Virus record (IMG/VR): IMGVR_UViG_2974569193_000001
Coordinates: 44,702-108,701 of that record
Origin: a virus
Taxonomy: Duplodnaviria; Heunggongvirae; Uroviricota; Caudoviricetes
DNA: 64,000 bases
Reading direction: 5' to 3' (one strand)
Below, piece after piece: positions 6,017 through 13,746 of the stretch (the first letter of the stretch is position 1; each line of letters begins with the position of its first letter). The translations under genes and the position numbers were made by a program. The notes under the pieces are model-generated. The model saw nothing but the letters and a program-made list of their open reading frames with translations. It ran no database searches and was not told the origin of the DNA.

Positions 6017-6101
6017 GGATGCTTAAAGCTGGAGGGCTCCAGCCGGGGGCTGTAAACCCCCTCTCTTCGGAGGAGTGGTTCGATCCCACAAGCATCCACC
6101 A
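6017..6101 (+). tRNA. tRNA-Tyr(GTA), over-long D stem
   Basis: GGGG-CTGTAAA-CCCC; V arm with TTCG loop; ACCA. Confidence 0.85.
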
Positions 6102-6102
6102 T

Positions 6103-6177
6103 GGTCATGTAGCTGAGACAGATTAGCGCCGGCGTGAAATCCCGGAGACGAGGATGCGAGCACCTCCTAGACCACCA
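6103..6177 (+). tRNA. tRNA-Phe(GAA), degenerate T arm and acceptor stem
   Basis: Loop GTGAAAT; D arm GCT..AGC; non-canonical T loop; ACCA. Confidence 0.6.
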
Positions 6178-6182
6178 ACAAC

Positions 6183-6258
6183 GCCCGATGAGCCAGATGG
6201 GAAGGCACCGCTTTGACATGGCGGCATTGAGAAGGTTCGATTCCTTCATCAGGCACCA
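6183..6258 (+). tRNA. tRNA-Val(GAC)
   Basis: Loop TTGACAT; T arm GAAGG/CCTTC; ACCA. Confidence 0.88.
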
Positions 6259-6263
6259 ACCAC

Positions 6264-6339
6264 GCAAGTGTAGCTCAGTTGGTAGAGCAGCGGACCGATA
6301 ATCCGCCCGTCCCTGGTTCGAGTCCAGGCATTTGCACCA
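6264..6339 (+). tRNA. tRNA-Ile(GAT), C33
   Basis: GCGGA-CCGATAA-TCCGC; canonical arms. Confidence 0.88.
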
Positions 6340-6346
6340 TTTCTGA

Positions 6347-6421
6347 TGTGGCATAGCTCAGGGGTAGAGCGTCCGCTTGATAAGCGGGAGGTCGTGGGTT
6401 CGAAACCCCCTGCCACTACCA
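6347..6421 (+). tRNA. tRNA-Ile(GAT)
   Basis: Loop TTGATAA; canonical D arm; ACCA. Confidence 0.88.
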
Positions 6422-6452
6422 ATTCCAGGCCGGCGGAGAGAGCCGGTCCTGT

Positions 6453-6526
6453 AGGCGATTAGCTCAATGGTAGAGCGGGGGTGCCACAAACCTCAGGCGT
6501 AGGTTCGATTCCTACATCGCCCACCA
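6453..6526 (+). tRNA. tRNA-Val(CAC), C33
   Basis: GGGGT-GCCACAA-ACCTC; canonical D and T arms. Confidence 0.8.
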
Positions 6527-6531
6527 ATTGT

Positions 6532-6605
6532 TGAGGGTTCGTCTAATGGTAGGACGCCTGGGTCTGGTCCAGGTAATCTAGGTTCGAGTCCTAGCTCCTC
6601 ATCCA
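6532..6605 (+). tRNA. tRNA-Gln(CTG)
   Basis: CCTGG-GTCTGGT-CCAGG; U1-A72. Confidence 0.9.
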
Positions 6606-6611
6606 AGTTGT

Positions 6612-6685
6612 TCTCGGGTGGTCTAATGGTAGGACGGCTGGTTTTGGTCCAGCAGGTTGGGGTTCGATTCCTTGGCCGAGAGCCA
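6612..6685 (+). tRNA. tRNA-Gln(TTG)
   Basis: GCTGG-TTTTGGT-CCAGC; U1-A72; G73. Confidence 0.9.
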
Positions 6686-6702
6686 ACTGCTTTTGAGTTT
6701 AT

Positions 6703-6777
6703 TCCAGTCAATGCACAAGGTGTGCAGCGGCACTGTTAATGCCTGTGAGCCCGGTTCGATTCCGGGGTCTGGAGCCA
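6703..6777 (+). tRNA. tRNA-Asn(GTT)
   Basis: GGCA-CTGTTAA-TGCC; G73; CCA. Confidence 0.9.
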
Positions 6778-6802
6778 ACACGCCGGCCTAGGCCGGTCAT
6801 GC

Positions 6803-6885
6803 GCCCTGGTAACCGAGGGGGATTACGAATCCCTTAGTCGTAGCAGGAGTTGAAAAGGGTGGTTCGAATCCACTCCAGGGTGCCA
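6803..6885 (+). tRNA. tRNA-Arg(ACG)-like, D arm absent, ~22-nt extra region
   Basis: Acceptor GCCCTGG/CCAGGGT; GGGGA-TTACGAA-TCCCT; T arm GGTGG-TTCGAAT-CCACT; GCCA. Confidence 0.6.
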
Positions 6886-6892
6886 AATCTAT

Positions 6893-6975
6893 AGCGCGCA
6901 GGCCGAGCAGGATCATCGTCAGGCGTCGCCCTCCGAAGGCGAAGAGGCCCGGTTCGAGTCCGGGGCGCGCTGCCA
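6893..6975 (+). tRNA. tRNA-Arg(CCG), enlarged D loop
   Basis: TCGCC-CTCCGAA-GGCGA; perfect acceptor stem; GCCA. Confidence 0.85.
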
Positions 6976-6978
6976 CAT

Positions 6979-7056
6979 GCGCGGGTAGCTCAATGGAGCC
7001 AGAGCAGCCGTCTTCTACACGGTGGGTTGGGGGTTCGAGTCCCTCCCCGCGTGCCA
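6979..7056 (+). tRNA. tRNA-Arg(TCT)
   Basis: CCGT-CTTCTAC-ACGG; canonical arms; GCCA. Confidence 0.9.
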
Positions 7057-7393
7057 AACTTGACGGGCGATGCCGAATCGCTCAACGTCGACCCTGGCTC
7101 TCGGTGGGCCACGATTGCACGTCGCCGGTGCCCTGGCCGTACACCCAGGGAGCAGCCCGGCGGCGTTCCAACACGGTTTCTGGACGATCTTCGAACGCGG
7201 CTTGCCGTGGAGGGGTGCTGGATGGGGCCGAGGTAGGAGGAACCATCGAGCATCTCCTCATCCTGGACTGGGCCTCCTGGGGGCTCCTCCGGGTCAAACA
7301 GGGCCTGACCCGACCCCGGAGATGCGCCGACCTTGATCACCCAGGATCGCTGGGTCGGTGGAAAGGGTCTGAAATTTTTCTGGCTCTTATGTG

Positions 7394-7521
7394 TTGACAC
7401 GCATTTCAGAGCCGGCTACAACCCTCCTCGTAGAGCGGCGCTGGGGCCAGGAGGCCCCGTCGTTGAGCCTCTGCGTTGTCGTCAGAAACGGCCCGCCGGC
7501 TTCCCGCCGCGCGGGCCGTTT
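7394..7521 (+). ncRNA. promoter plus candidate ~95-nt sRNA ending in a terminator-like hairpin
   Basis: TTGACA-N17-TACAAC (7394-7422); hairpin GGGGCC/GGCCCC; stem AAACGGCCCGC/GCGGGCCGTTT (7486-7521). Confidence 0.5.
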
Positions 7522-7562
7522 CGTCATGGGCGTCATGCGACCTTGAGTCCACCGTGGGTAGT

Positions 7563-7577
7563 GTCGTGAATCTTGAC
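7563..7577 (+). promoter_or_regulatory. GTCGTGAATCTTGAC promoter element
   Basis: Exact motif, upstream of ORF 7647. Confidence 0.7.
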
Positions 7578-7646
7578 TTTCGACCACCTTTCCGGTAGCT
7601 TCCCCTTCATCACCAACGCTCATAAGTCGGGGACTAGAGAGCCGCA

Positions 7647-8045
7647 ATGTCGCAAGACCACACCGGCTCCGCAACGCAGGGCCAAGAACACATCTTCCGT
7701 AAGCTGGATGAGCTTGGCGCAATGCACATGCGTACCCGCGAGGACATGGCCGAGGTCAAGGAGAAGGTGAAGACCATCGCCTCCTCTCAGGAGCGCTTTG
7801 AGCGCGACGTCTGGCGTGAAATGGATATTCGCCACACCGAGACCAAGCAGGCCCTGGCCGATATCAAGGATCACACCAACGAGCGGATCAGCGAGATCGA
7901 GTCCAAGGTGAACACCATCCGCGAGGAGCGGATCGCCGAAAAAGCCCAATGGCGCGGCCCCGAAAAGGTCATCGCCGCCATCGTCGCCCTGGCGGGCGGC
8001 GTCACGGCGATCGGCGTGCTCTGGAGCATCTTCAAGCCGCACTAA
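7647..8045 (+). CDS. hypothetical protein, coiled coil plus C-terminal TM segment
   Basis: 132 aa; VIAAIVALAGGVTAIGVLWSIF. Confidence 0.8.
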   Translation: MSQDHTGSATQGQEHIFRKLDELGAMHMRTREDMAEVKEKVKTIASSQERFERDVWREMDIRHTETKQALADIKDHTNERISEIESKVNTIREERIAEKAQWRGPEKVIAAIVALAGGVTAIGVLWSIFKPH

Positions 8046-8148
8046 TCCTACAGTCAAGCTTGTTCCCCTGCGGCCAGAAGTCGCGCTTCTTGACACCCCT
8101 GGTCGGCCCGAGCTAACCATATGCCATCTGTTCCTGGGGAGTTCCTAG

Positions 8149-8370
8149 ATGGCTGCTGCGCTTACCCTCGTCTCGCGTGAGACGGATTATTCGACCACCA
8201 CGGAAATCGATCCGGACGCGGCGCATCAGCGCCTCATCCTGGTCCTGAACACCGCCGCAGAAGCGGGCCTTGGTGACATGACGTTGGAAGTCAAAGAGGA
8301 GATCGAGGCCCTGCTCAAGCAGGCGTCTATCGAACTCTCGAATTGCCGGATCGTGGGGGGAGTTCCTTAA
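8149..8370 (+). CDS. hypothetical protein
   Basis: 73 aa; GGGAG SD. Confidence 0.7.
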   Translation: MAAALTLVSRETDYSTTTEIDPDAAHQRLILVLNTAAEAGLGDMTLEVKEEIEALLKQASIELSNCRIVGGVP

Positions 8371-8392
8371 TCGCCATCCCAGAGGGAGCGAC

Positions 8393-9259
8393 GTGTCCGA
8401 GTCTTCCGAATTCAACCCGCTCGACGAAACCCAGTTCCCTCCTCGCCTCACCAAGGCGGCTGCGCGGCAAGCGCGGCGCCTGGAGAAAAGCCAGAAAAAG
8501 GACCCCACGGCGAACAAGCCGAACTACAAGGCGCTCGAAGCCAAGACTGAACGCCAGAAGCGCTACATCCAGGCGCTGAAGGCCGGCGAGAGCGCCATCG
8601 CTATCGGTGGGGCCGGCACGGGAAAGACCTACATCCCGTCCCGGCTCTTCGCCAAGAAGCTGATCGAAGGCAAGACCGAACGCCTGATCATCGCCCGCGT
8701 TACCGCCTCGCGGGCCAAACACGCCCTGGGCTTCCTGCCCGGCAAGCTCGAAGCCAAGCTGGCCCCCTGGCTGGTCCCGGTGATCGAGGGCGTCAAGGCG
8801 GAAATGAACGCCCAGACCTACACGCAGTTGCAAGAGGCCGGCAAGATCGAGTTCGCCTCCTTCGAGCACATGCGTGGCCGGACCTTCGGCGAGTGCTGCG
8901 TCCTCCTGGACGAGGCGCAGAACGCCGACTACAAGGACCTGAAGATGGTCCTGACCCGCTGGGGTGAAAACGCCCAGTACGCGGTCACCGGCGACGTCGA
9001 CCAGATCGACGTGGACGACTCCGGGCTGGACACGGTCATCGACATCGTCGAGGCCAACGACATCCCCATCCACGTCATTGAGTTCACCGACGAGGACGTC
9101 GTGCGCTCGCCCATGGCTAAGGCCTGGGTCAAGGCCTTCTCCGCCCATGAGGGCAAGGACGGCCGCCCCCGGCGCTTCCACCGCCCGGCTGTCAGGAATC
9201 TTGACGCTTTGCCGGTGTTCATCGATAATGGCCATGTCACGAAATCCGTGGCATCGTGA
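8393..9259 (+). CDS. phoH: PhoH-family ATPase
   Basis: GGAGTGKT Walker A, HMRGRTF, LLDEAQN, TGDVDQID, VVRS. Confidence 0.95.
   Translation: MSESSEFNPLDETQFPPRLTKAAARQARRLEKSQKKDPTANKPNYKALEAKTERQKRYIQALKAGESAIAIGGAGTGKTYIPSRLFAKKLIEGKTERLIIARVTASRAKHALGFLPGKLEAKLAPWLVPVIEGVKAEMNAQTYTQLQEAGKIEFASFEHMRGRTFGECCVLLDEAQNADYKDLKMVLTRWGENAQYAVTGDVDQIDVDDSGLDTVIDIVEANDIPIHVIEFTDEDVVRSPMAKAWVKAFSAHEGKDGRPRRFHRPAVRNLDALPVFIDNGHVTKSVAS
9191..9205 (+). promoter_or_regulatory. promoter motif variant GTCAGGAATCTTGAC inside the phoH 3' end
   Basis: 13/15 match, ahead of the head-tail operon. Confidence 0.55.
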
Positions 9260-9276
9260 CAAAGACGTAGAGCACC

Positions 9277-9798
9277 ATGGCCTTCACCTTCGTTGTTGAG
9301 ACCGGCGCCGGCGACCCGGCCGCGAACTCGTACTGCGATGTGCAGTTCGCGGACGACTACATCTACGCCAACGTCTACTCGAACACCGCCTGGGCCGCCT
9401 TGGAGGACGAGGACAAGGAACGCTTCCTTGTCCGCGCCTCCAAGTACCTGGACCGGACGGTGCAATGGGCGGGGGAGAAGGTCGAGGAGGACTCCGGCCT
9501 GCGCTGGCCGCGCGCCGGGGTCTACGATGTCGATGGCTTCCTGATCCCCAGCGATGCCATCCCGCAGCAGTTGATGGAGGCCACCGCCGAAATGGCGGCG
9601 GCGCTCCTCAACAACGACTGGACGTCGCCGCAGACCACGCGCGGCATGAAGGAAATCCAGGTCGACGTCATCGAACTGAAGTTCGACACCGAGGTCCAGC
9701 GCGGCTCGATGCCGGACATCGTCATGCAAATCCTGGAGGGCCTGGGCGTGGTCAAGACCGGCCAGCGCCCGGCCTTCAAGAAGATCATCCGTCACTAA
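9277..9798 (+). CDS. head-tail adaptor/connector (DnaT-like fold family)
   Basis: ANSY..FADDY..WAAL..LVRASKYLD..LRWPR pattern; position. Confidence 0.7.
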   Translation: MAFTFVVETGAGDPAANSYCDVQFADDYIYANVYSNTAWAALEDEDKERFLVRASKYLDRTVQWAGEKVEEDSGLRWPRAGVYDVDGFLIPSDAIPQQLMEATAEMAAALLNNDWTSPQTTRGMKEIQVDVIELKFDTEVQRGSMPDIVMQILEGLGVVKTGQRPAFKKIIRH

Positions 9799-10190
9799 TG
9801 GCGCTCGAAGCGTTCATCCAGTCGCAGGTCCTGGTCGCCTTCAACCAGCTTGACGACCTCTGCAAGCGCTGGACCTACGTCCAGCGTTCGGGAGTCGGGG
9901 TGCGCGACATCGAGAGCGGCAAGACGACCTATCCGACCACCGAGATCGACATCCCCAAGGCGGTCCGGGTGCGCTTCAAGAAGGACGAGAAGGACAAGAC
10001 CGGGCAGGTCCTGGTCGGCGAGAAGCTCCTCTTCCCGCGCGTCTATCTGCCCAAGGCCTTCGAAACCAAGACGTCCGACTACCTGATCGACGAAGCCGGC
10101 GTGGTCTGGGAGATCATGAGCGACCTGTCGGACCCGGCCAAGGCCGTGGCGATCCTCCAGGTGCGGTCCTCGCGGATCGTGACGCCGTGA
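9798..10190 (+). CDS. head closure/neck protein (putative)
   Basis: ATG overlaps the previous TAA; 130 aa; synteny. Confidence 0.65.
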   Translation: MALEAFIQSQVLVAFNQLDDLCKRWTYVQRSGVGVRDIESGKTTYPTTEIDIPKAVRVRFKKDEKDKTGQVLVGEKLLFPRVYLPKAFETKTSDYLIDEAGVVWEIMSDLSDPAKAVAILQVRSSRIVTP

Positions 10191-10659
10191 AGGTTGGCGG
10201 CGCCAAGCTGAACTTCTACACCGACGGGAACCTGGAGGCGGCCTTCAAGCGCTTCTTCGCCACCGCCGAGAAGCGTTACGACGAGCGCGCCGACCGGCTG
10301 CTGATCCGGCTGAACGAATTGATCCTCTCGCGGACCCCGGTGTGGGAAGGCGATACGATCCACAACTGGCGCTGGTCCACCCGCGCGCCCGACATGCGTC
10401 ACGAAGACCCGGTTGGGGCGTTGATCCCGGCCGGACGAGCGAGATGCCCCTGGGCACCGAACCTCGTCGCCATGCCAACGAGACCCGCCCCCGTCAATCG
10501 CTGGCCGGCGCTCTGCGCGCCAAGGAGCCGATCGACATCTACCTGACCAACACCGCCGAGAGCGCCGTTGATCTGGAATATGGCCTGCTGCCGACCAAGG
10601 CCCAGAGCCGTAACAGCATGGGGATGGTTCGAATCTCGGTTAAAGAGGTGTTCGGGTGA
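10187..10659 (+). CDS. tail completion/neck protein, split by an apparent 1-nt frameshift near 10410-10420
   Basis: Coding-like frame of ORF 10187 (..MRHEDPVG) continues in the frame of ORF 10342 (VDPGRTSEMPLG..SVKEVFG) across GGTTGGGGCG. Confidence 0.6.
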
Positions 10660-10730
10660 TCCCCGCGTTCATCATTCTGCCGCGCGTCTATCTCGCGGCG
10701 TGGCTTTCGTTCTGGCTCGGGGAGGACTAG
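10656..10730 (+). CDS. 24-aa hydrophobic micro-ORF (MIPAFIILPRVYLAAWLSFWLGED)
   Basis: GTGA overlap with the upstream stop; its TAG abuts the next ATG; fills the gap exactly. Confidence 0.5.
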   Translation: MIPAFIILPRVYLAAWLSFWLGED

Positions 10731-11186
10731 ATGCTCGAACATGACATGCTCCGTCAAGTCCTGGAGCAGCAGGCGATCGCCGCCGCTGTCCTGGCCAGCC
10801 TCGACCTGAAGTTCGACAATTCCGAGTTCGTGCAGCCCGCCGACGGCCGCCATTGGGCCGAGTTTTGGCATCGCACCGGCGCGACCAAGGCCTGCGAGGT
10901 CGCCGGACCGAAGGGCTACGAAAAGACCGCCGGGCTGTTGCAGTTCACCCTAAAGGCTCCCGAGGAAGAGGGCAATGGCGCGATCATCCGCGCCGGCGGC
11001 CTCGTCAAGCGGGCACTGAACCGCAAGCAGTTGGTGATTCCGCCCGACGGCTGGGTCACGCTCGATCCGATCTCGGTCGACGCCCACGGCAAGCCGATCG
11101 ACGGCTTCTTCAACGTCATCGTCTGGGCGACGTTCGATTTCTACCACCGCGATCCCGACGCGCCCGATCATTGGCTCCGGGGTTGA
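10731..11186 (+). CDS. tail terminator-like protein
   Basis: 151 aa; GGAG SD; immediately before the major tail gene. Confidence 0.65.
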   Translation: MLEHDMLRQVLEQQAIAAAVLASLDLKFDNSEFVQPADGRHWAEFWHRTGATKACEVAGPKGYEKTAGLLQFTLKAPEEEGNGAIIRAGGLVKRALNRKQLVIPPDGWVTLDPISVDAHGKPIDGFFNVIVWATFDFYHRDPDAPDHWLRG

Positions 11187-11210
11187 CGGCAGCGCTTCAC
11201 GGCTGCTATA

Positions 11211-11225
11211 GTCGTGAATCTTGAC
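11211..11225 (+). promoter_or_regulatory. GTCGTGAATCTTGAC promoter element
   Basis: Exact motif, upstream of the major tail gene. Confidence 0.7.
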
Positions 11226-11331
11226 ATTCCGCGAAGTCTAGGGTAGGTTCACCACACTTGCGATGCAGGGCCGGGTCGGCGCGCTCGCTACCCTTCCTTT
11301 TGTCACAAAACCCTGGATTGGTGACCTGCAC

Positions 11332-13164
11332 ATGGCTGCATCGTTCTTCGCCGACTCCAACCGCGCGCGGATGCGCTACATCAAGGAAAACAACGTCATC
11401 TGGGGTGTCACCCCGGCGACGGGCGTTTCCCGCGAACTGCGGTACACCGGCTCCACCGTCAACGCCCAGAAGGACACGACCCTCTCGGAAGAAATCCGTG
11501 CTGACCGCATGGTGTCCGAGATCGTCGAGGTCGCTGCGCGCACCACTGGCGAAATCAACGTCGAATTCTCGGCTGGCTCGCATGACGACCTGCTCGAAGC
11601 CTTCATGTACGGCGCGTGGACGCGCCCGATGACCTTCGACTCGGTCCAAGGCGTTTCGCTCGAATGGTCCGACACCGACACCCTGTACGTCAAGGGCAAG
11701 GACGTCACCCCCTACTTCTTCGCCGGCCGCCGTGTCCGCACCCAAGGCTTCGTCAACGTCGCCAACAACGGCTACTGGCAGATCGCCTCGATCACGTTCA
11801 ATGCCGGCGCCAACCGCACCGAACTGAACATGAGCGCGTCGACGGCCGTCGCCGAGCGCGGCACCGCCTACTCGGCGATGTACGACGCCAACGACGTCAT
11901 CGTCCTGAACAACACCGCCATCCGGGCGGGCACCTCGGGCGAAGCCGCGTTCGACTCCAACGGCACCAACGCCTTCGCCGCCGCGATCGCCGCTGGCCAA
12001 CTGCTGGTCGGCCAGAAGATTTTCGTCGAGGGCCTGGGCTTCGAGACGGGCACCGTCACCCTGGCGGACCTGCCGACGGCCGGCGCGCGCGTCAAGGTCG
12101 CCGACGGCGCCAAGGACGTCACCTTCCAGTTCGGCGGCAGCGCCTCGCAGCCGATCGTCGTCGTGCCCCTGGGCACCGACGAAGTCGACACCGCCCAGAA
12201 CCTCGCTGACGCCATCAACAAGCTGCGCGTCCGCAAGCAGATCGAAGTGGGGGCCTCGGCCGCCGCCGGCGTCGTGACGCTGCGCAACCTGCTGTCGACC
12301 GGCGGCTCGATCACCGAGGCCGTCAACGACGCCAACGTGACCGTCGCCAACTTCTCGGGCGGCAACGCCACGGTGCGCGGCATCTTCACCATCGAGTCGC
12401 TGACCGATGACAAGATCGGCGTCAACCCGGCTCCGACCACGCTGAACAACACGACGGCCAAGGTCAACATCAAGGCCTCGACGCTCCGCAACCCGTCCGA
12501 CCCGGACGTCATCACGGCGCAGTCGTTCACCTTCGAGACCGGCTTCGAAGACGTCGACCAATACTACCTCGCCGACGGCATGCGGATCGGCACGATCGCG
12601 CTGAACATCGCGGCCAACTCGATCCTGACGGGCTCCTACGGCCTGCAAGGTCGCGCCTCGACCCGCCAGAACGAGTCCAAGCTGGGCGCCTCGCCCTACG
12701 TTGCGCTCCAGACGACCGCGACCCCGGTGGCCAACGCCACGGTCAACGTCGGCAAGATCGCGATGAACGGCGAAGAACTCTCGACGGCCGTCCAGTCGAT
12801 CGCCATCAACGGCACGAACAACCTGCGCGACCAGATGGCCGTGGGCTACAAGTTCCCCGCCGGCATCGGCGCGGGCCGGATGGAAATCTCGGGCTCGCTG
12901 GTCGCCTACTTCGCCGACGGCAACCTGTGGGACAAGTTCATCAACCACGAGACCGTGTCCGTCAGCTTCCCGCTGACCGACGTGCTGGGCAACCACTACG
13001 AGTTCACGATCCCGGCGGCGAACTTCTCCACCGATACCGTGAACCCGGCCGGCGGCAACCAGGACATCATGGAGAACCTGGAATACACCGCCAAGCGCGA
13101 CCCGGTCACCGACTGCCAGTTCCAGATCGACCGCTACTCCTCGATCTTCGCGAACACGAACTAA
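11332..13164 (+). CDS. major tail (tube) protein
   Basis: LRYTGSTV..SEEIRADRMV..GEINVEFS pattern; position before chaperones and TMP; likely start MAASFF at 11332. Confidence 0.85.
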   Translation: MAASFFADSNRARMRYIKENNVIWGVTPATGVSRELRYTGSTVNAQKDTTLSEEIRADRMVSEIVEVAARTTGEINVEFSAGSHDDLLEAFMYGAWTRPMTFDSVQGVSLEWSDTDTLYVKGKDVTPYFFAGRRVRTQGFVNVANNGYWQIASITFNAGANRTELNMSASTAVAERGTAYSAMYDANDVIVLNNTAIRAGTSGEAAFDSNGTNAFAAAIAAGQLLVGQKIFVEGLGFETGTVTLADLPTAGARVKVADGAKDVTFQFGGSASQPIVVVPLGTDEVDTAQNLADAINKLRVRKQIEVGASAAAGVVTLRNLLSTGGSITEAVNDANVTVANFSGGNATVRGIFTIESLTDDKIGVNPAPTTLNNTTAKVNIKASTLRNPSDPDVITAQSFTFETGFEDVDQYYLADGMRIGTIALNIAANSILTGSYGLQGRASTRQNESKLGASPYVALQTTATPVANATVNVGKIAMNGEELSTAVQSIAINGTNNLRDQMAVGYKFPAGIGAGRMEISGSLVAYFADGNLWDKFINHETVSVSFPLTDVLGNHYEFTIPAANFSTDTVNPAGGNQDIMENLEYTAKRDPVTDCQFQIDRYSSIFANTN

Positions 13165-13170
13165 GGGCTA

Positions 13171-13196
13171 TGTCACGATTCCCCCGAATCGTGACA
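13171..13196. repeat. inverted repeat TGTCACGATTC-CCCC-GAATCGTGACA
   Basis: Perfect 11-bp arms, each containing GANTC. Confidence 0.75.
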
Positions 13197-13317
13197 GCCC
13201 CACCCAGCTTCCCCCGATAGACGAAGGTCCCCAGGACAGTTGTCTCAGCGCTGAGCACGGGCCGCCCGGAAATCGGGGCCGGGCGGCCCACCCTCCCCGA
13301 TACATGGACTCCCCGAA

Positions 13318-13746
13318 ATGACCGACAAGATCAAGATCGACATGCTGGACCTCTTCTCGACCGACCGCGAGTCGGAAGAAGCCGGCACCTGGATTTTCCT
13401 GGACGAGGCCGAGGAAGTCGGCTTCAAGATTCGCGCTCTGGGCGCCAAGGCCGTCCTGGACCTGCGCGACGACCTCACCAAGAAGTACCAGTCCCTGCTC
13501 CGGGCCGGCGGCAAGCTGCCCGACGAGAAGGTCGAGGAAATCAACCTGAAGGTCATCGCCGGCGGCGTGCTGGCGGACTGGAAGGGCATCGTGGTCGGTG
13601 GGGAGGAAATCCCCTACAGCGCCGACAACGCCTACGCGGTCCTGAGCAACCCGAAGCTGGGCAAGATGGCCGGCTTCATCGCCCAGCACTCGACGGACGC
13701 CCAGAACTATCGTGACGGCACCCGCGAGGACGCCGCAAAAAACTAA
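13318..13746 (+). CDS. tail assembly chaperone (gpG-like)
   Basis: 142 aa between major tail and TMP; ends at slippery A AAA AAC TAA. Confidence 0.85.
   Translation: MTDKIKIDMLDLFSTDRESEEAGTWIFLDEAEEVGFKIRALGAKAVLDLRDDLTKKYQSLLRAGGKLPDEKVEEINLKVIAGGVLADWKGIVVGGEEIPYSADNAYAVLSNPKLGKMAGFIAQHSTDAQNYRDGTREDAAKN

Noticed and set aside
7060-7397. Possible frameshifted gene remnant after tRNA-Arg(TCT)
   Set aside because: Protein-like stretches in two frames but no start or SD and no recognisable family; cannot be supported.
2623-7400. Many 60-280-aa ORFs overlapping tRNA genes
   Set aside because: They are translations of tRNA sequence, with no SD and atypical composition.
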